Below, in pieces: positions 52,015 to 64,000 of a stretch of 64,000 nt of DNA. How positions within the stretch are numbered: position 1 is the first letter of the stretch; each line of letters starts with the position of its first letter. The notes beneath the pieces are model-generated. The model worked only from the letters and a program-made list of their open reading frames with translations. It did no database searches and had not been told where the DNA came from. Location: contig OX597822.1 of NCBI GenBank assembly GCA_951406725.2, positions 49,662,001-49,726,000 of the forward strand. The letters are read 5' to 3'. A program made the translations under genes and the position numbers. Source of the DNA: Octopus vulgaris (lineage: Eukaryota).

Positions 52015-52460
52015 GTATTAAGTAAGTCGTACCCATTTGACAAAACCACGTGCCGGAATAATTGTGTAGTTTGTTCTACAAACCCACATGCTAACTGCAA
52101 AAAGAAAAGGACTGTATGCCAGATTAAGTGCTAGGAACTGACTTGCGAGAATATCCTGGAGTCCTGTATTAGTGAGACTTCTAGGAGCATCAATAATAGG
52201 TTCAAAGAACAACTAGACAACTGTATTGGAAAAAAAAAACAAACAAGCATGCAAGCTTCATCTTCTATCAGCATGCTGTAAACTTCCACAATAGTTCCTT
52301 AAGGGGTCTTAGGTTACACATCCTATCTACACAGCCCACTGATGCAATGCTGAGACAAGTCACCGAAGTTGTCTATATACAAGGATAAAAACCCACCCTC
52401 AACCGTAAATCCGAATGGGGTGACACCCGGCTTTCACTCGGGAGTACCCATCTATAATCA
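52015..52460 (+). mobile_element. Penelope-like element GIY-YIG endonuclease remnant
   Basis: C-rich linker CRNNCVVC...C, TVCQIKC, CISETSRSINNRFKEQ, QH...H, DAMLRQVTEVVYI...PTLNRKSEWG. Confidence 0.75.
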
Positions 52461-52693
52461 CCCCTTTCTCTCATCAACATGTAGAAATCTATACATACAC
52501 GTTAAGATGCATGATGCTGAAATACATATATAATTATATATATAGTCGTATGAGTGTACGTAGATTAATATGTATGTGCCTATGTGTATATGTATATGTA
52601 TTTTAGCGTGCGTATGCATGTGTGTGCACGTTTATCTGTATGTGTGTGTGAGTATGTGTGTGTATGAGTGTGTGTATACATGCATATATGGGC

Positions 52694-52744
<51 letters not shown>

Positions 52745-53580
52745 GTACATATGTATATATGTACATAATATAGGTATTTGAATTTAACCGTTGTCAGTGA
52801 AAATAATGACATATATGTGTAGATGGATAAGCATATCTAGGTGTATACTTTACGATTATACGCATATATGTATGTGTATACATGTTTATATGATTGTGTG
52901 TGCTTGTACATATGTATAGGTAGGTTTATATTTGCATGTATGTATCTCTGACGTATCCATTCCCCGTTAGATGGTGGTGAGAGGAACTTATATATATACA
53001 ACCTTCGATAGAGTAACATTCATATATAAAACTCGAAGATATTTTGGCACAAATTAGATTTAAATGCTGAAGTTAGCATCACGGTTTTTGTGTGCTTATA
53101 AACAACTTCCACGCTGCAATTGTATATATATAGAGAGAGATAAAACTTACTTGGAAAAGGATGCGCAGCGTTCAATCATATAATAATATAAACAATACAT
53201 GTATATATGCATATATTCATACATGTACTTACATACTTACATGTATACGTATGTATATATGCATATATATATACATATATATATATAATATTATATTATA
53301 TATACATATATGTATGTATATATGTACATATACATATATGTGTGTGTATACATGTGTGCATTTATTGATTTAGACATATAAGCATAAATGTATACACACT
53401 CGCGCGTACACACACTCTCTTTCACACATACTAACATACTAACACGCACACACACACATAAATTAGAAATGGGAACCAAAACTATAAATTGAACAATTAA
53501 ATAATTTACTCATTAAATGATTAAATGATAAACTCAATTTTACTATTTTATACAAAGAAATGGTTATTTAACACCTAGCT

Positions 53581-54215
53581 CAGGGGTGCCAAATACACTA
53601 TGAAATTTGACACTTCATTGACATACAGGTCAGCCAATCTTACATCTGACCTATTTAGCCGTCAGTGTATTTCTTCTAAACTTAAAAAAGTATATAAAAA
53701 TGAGTGGGGGAGCTGGACCAAGTAAGAACCAAAAAACCTACCACTTCCATACGGAGTTCGAGGAGGAATTGTTTTCACAATGTTATATTTGAAGTGCGTT
53801 TGCCTCATCTGCTATTCCGAAGAAGGGAAATGTGGATCGGCATTTTCGGAGTGATCATAAAAACAATGACACTGAATCCCCTCCGAAAAGCTGAGAAGGA
53901 GAAAGGAGAAGGAACTAAAATGCCAGTTGTTCGGACAGTAGTCATTTTTCACACAGCTAACTTCAAAAGCAAAGGCAGTTACCGAAGCATCGTTCCAGGT
54001 GAGCCCCTTTATCGTTAAGAACAATAAATCCTTCCAAGAAGGAGAGATGGTAAAAGTGGCAGACACTTTATTCCGAGACTTTAAAAACAAACCAGAAATA
54101 CTATATTCAATCAAAGCTCTTCAGCTATCAGGAAGTACGGTAACACGGCGCTGTGAAGCCATGGCCGAGGATTTGACTCAGCAACTTTGGAAAGACATGG
54201 CAGACTGCGAGTGTG
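53581..54215 (+). mobile_element. hAT (Buster/SPIN/GTF2IRD2-like) transposon 5' fragment
   Basis: Terminus caggggtgccaaa; CVCLIC BED-like motif; KSFQEGEMVK...LQLSGSTVTRR...DLTQQL. Confidence 0.8.
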
Positions 54216-54530
54216 GTTGATATCTTCAGATGTACAGCATATATTTTTTGTTTGTCAATATTTTCTGTGGTAGGTACTTGGTGTACTTGGTGGGAATGTC
54301 TCTTTTTTGATGTGCATGCAGGTATCATTCGATGCTAGGTGTCATAAACATGTCGGTAGTCGCTACCGAGCTTTTGACATGATCAATCCTTTCTATGGTT
54401 TGTGTTTTTCGTGCCAAGTACCCACGTACTCTCTTCTCAATAAACTGGTCTAGTATCTCATTTGCTCTGCGATAAATAGATTTTATCAATGATCCTTGGG
54501 GTGAGATATGTATTGGCACTTATTTCATAC
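54216..54530 (-). mobile_element. R4/Dong post-RT fragment
   Basis: KRVRGYLARK...TPSIE*YLHAHQKRDIPTKY resembles K.MHGY...EGY..A.QEQ.I.TKY. Confidence 0.6.
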
Positions 54531-55212
54531 TTTTAAAAAACATTAGCTATCCAAACAGAGCTTCGTTGCTATCTCATATTCTCAAGTTAATTATCAGACA
54601 CTTTTCATTTTAATATTTCAACACTCAGAAGGAAAGCAATATACAGCAACGGTCTGTCTAAATATCAACTTAGGTCTCTCGTTAAATTTATTTTTCCATA
54701 AGTTCAGTTAATGACGACATGTTCAAACAAGGATATTGCCATTCTATTTTGTGCATTTGTTGAAATATTAAGAACAAGTCATAAATGAACGTCATGGCAT
54801 GACCGCAGACAACAATCTAAACAATCTAAACTGGAGTGCATTCATCATCTGTCCGCTCCCAGAATGTTCTAAGAATGATTCGGCAGGAGGTACTATGCAA
54901 TTAATTAAACATAAGTGTGTGTGCATGTGTATGTGTGCGTGTGTGTTTGTGCTTGTGTTTGTATGTGTGTGTGTATAATTCTGAATAAACAGGGAAGACA
55001 ATGGACAATATTCGATATTGAAATTAGTGTATCACTTCACATTCCATATATTTTTTTAGTACATCAAATATCGAACAAGCGAAAATCGAAAATGGGAGCA
55101 TTCTATTGGCTGTAGAAGTTAATACCAATTTGAATATATATATATATATATACATATATATATACACATATATATATATATATATACATACACACAGACA
55201 CACACGCACACA

Positions 55213-55271
<59 letters not shown>

Positions 55272-55774
55272 GTATGTATGTATATATCAAATGAGAGTCT
55301 TATGAAACTGTTCCGCAAACATTTGACTCATTAGTTACGAACAAAGAAAATGGATATAAAAAATACGGAATAGATAGCGGTGTAATGCAATCTTGTAAAC
55401 TGAGACATTCTTGGCATATCCTTCAAACCGACAAATACTGCAATGTCACGAAAAGAGCAAGAGGCACATAAAAAATTGAGGAGGAAAAAAAGACTTCAGA
55501 ATATCTTCGTAAAAATAAACTTAATTGTAAAAAGTATTCAAAATTCTTATTTTTATTCACAAAATCATGTATAGTGGCTTCAAATAGCTTCCAACGCAAC
55601 AAAGAACTACAGAAAAACACATCCAGAATGATCAACTTGGAAACTTATAAACTCTGCGGATTTTAAATGATGGATCTACTTGATGGAAGTTACATAACCT
55701 TTTCAATTTATACAAACATGTATTGCGGATGTTACGTGAGTTCAAGTAGAACTCGTTCTTCGATAATAATGATT

Positions 55775-55968
55775 TCGAACTTTAACACATGGGCAGCACT
55801 TTCATAAAAGGATATAAGTCGATTACATCGGCCCCATTGTTCAACTGGCACTTATTTTATCGACACTGAAATGTGAAAGTTAATGTCGAACTCGACAGAA
55901 CTTGAATTCAGATAGTACAGACAGGCGAATTGCCAGGCGTGCTAACGATTCTGCCTGCTAGCCGCGTT
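55775..55968 (-). mobile_element. Degenerate octopus-type SINE
   Basis: gcgtgctaacgattctgcc...gccgc head and gtcgattacatcg body on the reverse strand. Confidence 0.75.
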
Positions 55969-56784
55969 TAGTTCAATAATGTTAAGATATTTTCTTATAA
56001 ACCCAAACGACAATTCGGTTTCTCCTGATGTTATGTTTTAAAACAAACATTGCCTGCTTTATATTAAATCTGATGCCAATGATTTACCTTAAACTTCCCA
56101 TATATTTCTAAAATTCGGTTGCAGATGTTTTGACGATCGAACGCTTTTGTAAGTACATTCTCGTCTTATATTCATAAATGAACTCTAAAATTAGTCATTC
56201 TTCTATATGGTAAATGTTGTCATTGAAATGTCATACGCCACAACGCTGACTTACAGACGCCAACATTCTGTCAAGCTTAACATATAATGAAAATAATATC
56301 GACAGTTAATTTAAGTACCCATGTGACCTGAACTGGCTAAGGAAGCGTTAAATAGCCTCATCAACATTTTCCTTAGATTTTATAGAAATTATATTAATCC
56401 TGTCACTCTACCTATGAAGGCGTGGGTGTATTGAGCTCACTGAAGATTCATAGACACGCCAATACCTAAGTATACAAAATCCCGTAAAAATTAGTTTTGT
56501 GACTGGATTCAAATATGTCCTTCACTGTCCGCTTATAAATTGGGCTTTCACTGGATATGTCAGCTCAAGCTAAGCATGATTACTAATTCCATCCCTGCTA
56601 CAAATTAATTTCCTGTAGTGATGATGAAAACTCCGTGTATTTTGTGGCGGGGATCTAACTATACACATCCATACTCTTTCTACAACACTCTACATGACGT
56701 ACACGCAAACGCACGCATAGGCACATATGTGTATGTATAAAAGCTTTTACGTCGTGTTTGGAAAGTAGAACTAAACCTAGGACT

Positions 56785-56825
<41 letters not shown>

Positions 56826-56939
56826 GTATACGTATATATATACACATTTACATACGTATATGTAAACATATACATACATATATATACATATACTTATTTA
56901 TATATATATATTTAGCAGTGCAACCTATAAGTAGTGTCC

Positions 56940-57630
56940 AAAATATCATATATGTAATTTCTAACAAATTTTACAGTATTCTATGAATTTGGAAACGTTC
57001 AATGCTTTATGAGTTCAAAAAGGGAAACAATGCGGCAGAAGCAAACCGAAATATCCATTCAGATTTTGTGGAAGAGTGCTTGAACGAAAGAAGTTTCAGA
57101 AGGTGGTTTGCAAAGTCCAAAAATGCTAATTTTAGCCAAAGAGAGAGAGACCATGAACAGGACGTTTGTTGAATTTGATGACGAATTTCTTTTGTGAGAG
57201 CTTGATAAGGATAATGCAATGTCGGTTGAAGAATTAGCAATCAAGCTCAATTCAAACCATTCAACTATTCAACGCCATCTTGAACAGCATGGAAAGATGT
57301 CCAAACTCAGAAAATGGCTTCCACTTGGTTTGACTGAACCAAACGAAAGTTACGAATGGACATCTGCTCATCTCTTGCTAACATATCTCACAAAATTTTG
57401 GATAGATCTCTGCCTGGTGATTAGAAATGATTTTTATGAAAATGTTATAGGCGCAGGAGTGGCTGTGTGGTAAGTAGCTTGCTAACCAGCCACATGGTTC
57501 CGGGTTCAGTCCTACTGCGTGGCATCTTGGGCAAGTGTCTTCTGCTATAGCCCCGGGCTGACCAATGCTTTGTGAGTGGATTTGGTAGACGGAAACTGAA
57601 AGAAGCCTGTCGTATATGTGTATATATATG

Positions 57631-57665
<35 letters not shown>

Positions 57666-58472
57666 TTGTGTGTCTGTGTTTGTCCCCCTAGATTTGCTTG
57701 ACAACCGATGCTGGTGTGTTTATGTCCCCGTTACTTAGCGGTTCAGCAAAAGAGACCGATAGAATAAGTACTGGGCTTACAAAAGAATAAGTCCCGGGGT
57801 CGAGTTACTCGATTAAAGGCGGTGCTCCAGCATGGCCGCAGTCAAATGACTGAAACAAGTAAAAGAGTAAAAGAGAAAGAGAGTAACGCAGGCACTGGCT
57901 TAGTTGGGGAGAACAGGCTAAACCACAAACCGAAAAGAACCTCCATGCAAAAAAAGTTCTTTCTGTATGGTGAGACTGCATTGGGGTCATCCACACTGAG
58001 TTGCTATTAATGAAATATAAAGTTACTGTTTATAGCTATTATCAACAATTAGAGCGGTTGGATGCTCTTTTGAAGGAAAAAAAGGTCTGCTTTGGTGAAT
58101 CGTAAGGGAGTGATGTTTCATAACACTGCAAAGATTACATGAGAAAAAACAAAAAAAAAACCCAAATCCCTCGCCCGCCTTATTCCGCAGACCTCGATCT
58201 TTCAGATTCTCATTTATTTTAAAGCTTACGTGATTATTTAGACAGATTACAACTCAAAAACCAACAAGAAGATCAAAACTGACCTGTCGCACATCTTCTT
58301 ACCAAACCCAAAAGAGGTTTTCACCAATGGAATTGAACAACTGGTGAGTCAATGGAAGGAAGTCACGATAATGATGAGAATTATATGCAGGACTAAATTT
58401 TAATAAAATACAAAATTAGTTCACTTATTTTTTTACACAAAATTCGGACATTACATATGGGATGTCCTGATA
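56940..58472 (+). mobile_element. mariner transposon, decayed, interrupted by a SINE
   Basis: MLYEFKKGNNAAEANRNI, RRWFAK, ELAIKL..HSTIQRHL...GK..KL.KWLP, PRPPYSADLDLSDSHLF; right end ...atatgggatgtcctga|ta. Confidence 0.85.
57449..57880 (+). mobile_element. Full-length second-family octopus tRNA SINE
   Basis: A box tggctgtgtgg, B box gggttcagtcc, internal (TA)(TG) tract, tail aagtaaaagagtaaaagag. Confidence 0.9.
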
Positions 58473-58480
58473 TATATATA

Positions 58481-58513
58481 CTTGTCATCATCTTTTGTTT
58501 TCCTATAAATTTC

Positions 58514-58573
<60 letters not shown>

Positions 58574-58675
58574 ATATAGTTGCAATTTATAGAAAAACAA
58601 AAGACGATGACAAGCGTATGAACAACAAGTAGGTGTATTAGTTTGACACTCAGGGAAATGAAAAAGATTGTAAAT
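58481..58675. repeat. Tail-to-tail inverted pair of Penelope-like repeat ends around (TA)n(GA)n
   Basis: 58481-58520 and 58575-58614 are ~40-bp inverted arms; the right arm extends as the homolog of 740-823. Confidence 0.7.
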
Positions 58676-58693
58676 TTAGCGGTCAAGCATGGC

Positions 58694-58741
<48 letters not shown>

Positions 58742-59755
58742 ATGTGTGTGTATGTATTTATGTATATATGTATATATATATACATATATATATTTAATGT
58801 TACTTAATACATACATATACATATTTACATCTAAAATGAGGGTGCTGCTGGTAAAATTCAGCTCCTCTGATGTAATAATTAATAAACGATGGGTACTTAG
58901 GCCCGAGATACACTGTCGTTAAGGTTTTTGTGAAAAAAATTTTCAAATTATATCTTAGGCAAGTTAACTTCGAATTCCTTAACGACAGGGTAACATTTAT
59001 ATAATTAATGTAACTTCGGCCTGATGAATAGCTAACAGAGTATCCCATACTGAATACTTATTACATCAGAGTTTCTGTTATCTAGGAGATCTATCTAGCT
59101 AGAATTTTACCTGCTCCAGTGCCTCAATTTCGATTCTTTTTTCGCATTCATTGCAATTCAAGTTGCTAACAGTAAGCTTCACAATTATTTTTCAGCATAT
59201 TGATCTTCGATATGGTAAAAGCTTACAACATTCGACGGCAATAAATTATTATTGTTTCTGGACGTTGTTTTATATACCTATCACGGACTGCTCGAAGCTT
59301 ACACATCCCTTGCTCTTATGACCTTACACACACACACACACTCAAACATACACACATGCACACATGCACACACATAAATAAATAAATAACGCGAAAACGT
59401 TCCGGTCGAAAGGCTGTGGTTATGATGGTGCACCACTGCTACATGTCCTCATAGGTCTCGTGCTGCTATATAGATTCCTTTAGCCCGTGGGACAGTCTTA
59501 AACCTCGTCTTATATTCTAGGTCTCAGAACTGTTACACGGGGTACAGGAGTCCTCGATCTTCTGAGAAAGACATCACATTTTAGAAAAGACATCTGTGGT
59601 TTTCCTTTTAAAACATATTTCTCTGTGTCTTCATGTGCATCATAGAATATGCTGTCACTTCGACTAATATTGTTGTTGTTATTATTATTATTATTTTAAT
59701 TTTTACTACTACTACTACTACTATTATTATTATTATTATTATCATTATTATTATT

Positions 59756-60368
59756 GAGTGAGTGAGAGAGCAGCGCCCGACATCGAACTTACACTGAGGT
59801 ACATATATACGAAGCCCAATAAAACCATCATTGCTACCCGTCTGATAAGAATACACCAGGTACATGCCTCACAACAATATGTGCGTGACATACAGACCTC
59901 ATATCATGATAAACAGCGCATGACCTTGCATGTGGGGCCTAGTTAGAATTTTCTTCAGGCCGAGTAGCATATTCTCGCTCAAAAGGTCCCCAAGTAAGGT
60001 TTTTTAAAGGATGATGAACCAAAACCTATGTTTCCAGAAGTGAATTATTCAAACTGCAAAGAATCACTCTCAACACATGGCTATGATGCTCTCCCACAAC
60101 CTCTAATTGTGATCAAAGATGCAAGTATCGTCAGCCACTAAGGGACATACTTAACTGGTTAAGGTCAAACAACTGACCTGCAAATCTGTGGTATTGAGCA
60201 GAATATTTGCTGTAGCCCATCTCTTATACTAAGACAAAACATATACATGGTAACACATCTGATCACTTGAGATCAAAACCAATGAACGCCACTGCATCAG
60301 GGCATAGAGCCACTGCCTTGTACTGCATCAGGGCATACAGTCACTGCTTGGTACTGCATCGGGGCTTT
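59756..60368 (-). mobile_element. Unclassified ~550-bp non-coding element in (TAA)n, copy 1
   Basis: Collinear with 60421-60968; both ends abut ATT/ATC microsatellite; terminal ~30-bp unit present about three times. Confidence 0.7.
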
Positions 60369-60420
60369 AATCATCATCATCATCATCATCATCATAATCA
60401 CCATCATTATTATTATTATT

Positions 60421-60965
60421 GAGAGCAGTGCATGCTATCAAAATGACACTGGGGTAAAATATACGAAGCCCAGTATACCCATCATGATTACCCGCCTAAG
60501 GGTACACCAGCCACATGCATCACAACCATATGTGCGCGACATGGTGATCTCATATCAAGACAAACAGCACATAACCTTGCAGGTGGGGCCTAGTTAGAGG
60601 TTTCTTCGGGTCAAGTAACCCATCCCGCACAAAAGGTCCCTGAATAAGGCTTGTTTAAGTATGTTGAACGAAAGACCCATGTTTCCAGTGGTGAATTATT
60701 CAAACCCCAAAGAATCCCTCTCAACACATGGCTATGATGCTTCCCAGCTACTTCTGCTCGTGATCAGAGATGCATATATTGTCAGCCACTAAGGGGCATG
60801 CTCAACTGGATAAGGCCAAACAACTGACAAGCAAATCTGTGGTATTGAGCAGTATATTAGCTGTAGCCCATTTTTTATACCAAGACAAAACAATGTACAT
60901 GATAACACTTCCAATCAGTTAAGATCAGAAGCCATGAGAGCCACTGCCTGGTACTGCATCAAGGC

Positions 60966-60968
<3 letters not shown>
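60421..60968 (-). mobile_element. Unclassified ~550-bp non-coding element in (TAA)n, copy 2
   Basis: Collinear with copy 1 and flanked by (ATT)n on both sides. Confidence 0.7.
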
Positions 60969-61037
<69 letters not shown>

Positions 61038-61934
61038 CATTATTATTATTATTAACATTTTGAACCTAAGATCAAATATTTTCACTATTTTGGCAAAAAA
61101 CTTGCACAAAACTTGACCATGAATCCAAAATAAACAAACCATTAATGGCTGGCTTGCGCTATTCTGCGATCGCGTATTGTGAATTATGGATGTTTCTGTT
61201 TCATAAAAGTTCTACCTCCAAAACATTTAAACATATTTTGAAATCATTCGCACTCTCAAATTTTTAATATATTTCGGATTTTCAATAATACCTGTCTAAT
61301 TATGCCCACGGAACATTACATTTTGGGCAACATCGGATTGAAATATGTCTCATGGTCTGCTAATACATTGGGATTTGGGATGGTGTGTGTATATATGCGT
61401 GTATATATACACACACCATCCTACCCCAAAAAATTCTTTAAACAACACACATCTATTTTCGCCACCCTGGAACCATTCAAAAACAGCCCCCACACACACG
61501 CAGACGCTTGTATACGTGTGTGCACGCACACAGGGGCACGCACACTCACACCAGTCTCACCTCCATACAGGCACATATATACACACGCAGCACCATGTCA
61601 AATGCCATCCACACTCATGCGTGCGTACACACGCACGCACACACGCACTCACAACACCATGACAACCACACACACTTGACAAACAGACGCCATCTGACCA
61701 AATACTACAGACACACAGACACATCTATTCACATACACGCAGAGAGACACATATATTCACCTCATCCTAACCCCAAAATCATTGATGCTTGAAGGAAAGC
61801 CAAAAACAGAAAAAAACGGGTACATCTTTCTCAATTCAACATTTCTGCTAAAACGGACAGGTCAGTAAACAAACTCGCCTTGAATTCATAATATTCTGTA
61901 CTGACCCTGAGATGTATAATATATTTATTTTAAT

Positions 61935-62202
61935 CTTTTCTGCCCATTTTTTCAAATATTCTCATCATACTGTTGTACTTTCTTATGTCCTTAGCATATC
62001 CTTGTTTCCAAATACTGTTTATATACATGTAATGTGGCAATTTGCAACAACCAATAATTAACGCAAGCAAACTTCCAATAATATATTTGTTTTATTCTTT
62101 TCTGCCCATTTTTTCAAATATTCTCATCACACTGTTGTACTTCTTTATGTCCTTAACATGTCCCTGTTACCAAAACTGTATATATACATGTTATGTGGCA
62201 AT
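61935..62202. repeat. ~107-bp direct duplication
   Basis: tcttttctgcccattttttcaaatattctcatca...atgtggcaatt at 61935-62042 and 62096-62202. Confidence 0.85.
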
Positions 62203-62364
62203 TATGTAAAAAACGTTTTTGAATTCATAATATTCTATGTTACTTTTGAAAATCTTTTTCCAAAGAGTGAAACCGGTTAAGTAAATAAACATCTTTTAAA
62301 TTGCATTTTCAAACCTTCTTTCGTATATAATTCCACTCGTGCGATACCCCACAACTCAACTTTG

Positions 62365-62426
<62 letters not shown>

Positions 62427-62454
62427 GCATACATATATATATGTATGTGTGTGT

Positions 62455-62665
62455 GTATGTTTGTCTGTGTCTGTCCCCCCAACATCGCTTGACAACCGAT
62501 GCTGGTGTGTTTATGTCACCGTAACTTAGCGGTTCGGCAAAAAAACCGATAGAATAAGTACTAGGCTTCCAAAGAATAAGTCTTGGGGTCGATTTGCTCG
62601 ACTAAAGGCGGTGCTCCAGCATGGCCGAAATCAAATGACTGAAACAAGTAAAAAAAAAAGAGAGA
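62455..62665 (+). mobile_element. Second octopus SINE family, 3' half
   Basis: Matches 57665-57870. Confidence 0.88.
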
Positions 62666-63453
62666 AATCGTTTCTTACACGAAGTCGTTGTGCAATTTAT
62701 TCGCTCCAAATAGAAAAAAAAAGATAGGACGTTAGAGATTTAGGCAACACAACTAAGAAAAAAGTATGTGTCAATTGAACGTTTTTGAAGAAAGTTTATC
62801 TACAAAAGAATTTTACTTGGCATATTAAATATCGTATTAGAAGATGTGGCTGATATATTTATAAATAATTTATATGTGAAACTAACAAATTGCAAATTTA
62901 TGTTTGAAATATCACATTTTTGAATACCGAATATGCAATCGTCGAGTTTTCAATACGAGTCACGTTCTTGTATTGTATAAATCTTTAAAATAGTTTACGT
63001 CTCTGTCTCCGAAGCAGAATACATAGTCTTTTATATCATTTTAATTTATTGTTTACTTGTGCGAAAAGGAAAATACGTAGATTTATTTAAGGATATAAAT
63101 ATTATATTTTACCGTAGATTTTTAATATTTTAAAAATAATTCTTTCGCTGGAGAGTTATTGATTTCAGAATCTTTTCATTACATCTTCATAAGCAATCTT
63201 CAGGAGATATTTCTAGACTAAATAGATAATAAAAAACTTTCCTATAATTATTCATTAGGAAACAACAATTTGTGTATAAATATTAAGTAAAAAATATCAT
63301 GTTCCCTATACAGAGCATTTTTTTTTATATTTTAAAACATCAAAACAATATTGCTTACTAAAGTGTTAAACGTCTCCAGAGATACTGACAGCTTATCAAT
63401 TTTCTTTCTAATAGACAGATTCATTCTTCTCTTGCAAGGTTTCAATCTTTCAT

Positions 63454-63527
<74 letters not shown>

Positions 63528-63599
63528 GAACACGTACGTACATATACATTTACATATATTTATATTATATAATTATGTATGAGCGCGTATATCATATTA

Positions 63600-64000
63600 C
63601 ACTGGTCAACAAACTTTATGCTGACTTCGGTTTTCTGATTGTTTGTAGTTCATTTTGAGATGCTGATTCCAAATATTGCATCCATTGTTTCCTAATAATC
63701 ACGTTTTTCATTCTATAGCATACCAGGATATACATTCTATAGCATACATATGATGTACTGTATAAATAAATTAACTGGTCAGGATAGTTCACTAGGTCTT
63801 ATAGCTTCAAATCATAAGTTATAATATCAATAGAATATGAAATGTAAGATGCCATCACCTTTTACTAAATACCTGATGTTAATTTTCTAATATGATGGAT
63901 AAAAAAGAAACCACTATACACATGCCTTCATATTCACGGAACAGATTTCCGCTTGCAAGAGCGTCTAGAGTCTTTTATGTTTACACAGTCTCTTTGAATA
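63600..64000 (-). mobile_element. Chapaev3-like element right end with transposase C-terminus (continues beyond window)
   Basis: Terminus CACTGGTCAACAAACTTTA...gctgattccaaatattgc; minus-strand IQRDCVNIKDSRRSCKRKSVP* matches the recalled family C-terminus. Confidence 0.65.

Noticed and set aside
60900-60968. Faint resemblance to U2 snRNA (atcagttaagatc, tgcagtacc)
   Set aside because: The matches are short, lie on opposite strands, and lack the branch-point pairing region and Sm site.

Overview
AT-rich, microsatellite-dense eukaryotic DNA. I recognise its abundant tRNA-derived SINEs as octopod (Octopus-like), so it is most likely an intergenic or intronic region of an octopus genome. I found no convincing host protein-coding gene; nearly all listed ORFs are translations of simple repeats or transposon debris. 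The window is a transposable-element graveyard. It holds one near-full-length, frameshifted RTE/BovB LINE (about 30159-33960), R4/Dong fragments of two lineages (one in (TAA)n, one in (TATG)n), an internally deleted Mag-like Gypsy element with both LTRs, and remnants of Tc1, mariner, maT, hAT, piggyBac, Merlin and three Chapaev3-like transposons. It also holds non-autonomous Helitrons, a Penelope-like GIY-YIG remnant and many SINEs. The most interesting signals are a Penelope-type minimal hammerhead ribozyme with a complete core plus two decayed relatives, an HDV-like ribozyme-shaped 5' end of the RTE LINE, a nested stack of elements that share (TATG)n as landing site, and an unclassified ~550-bp non-coding element that sits in (TAA)n tracts. 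Family assignments rest on manual translation and motif recall, not database searches.
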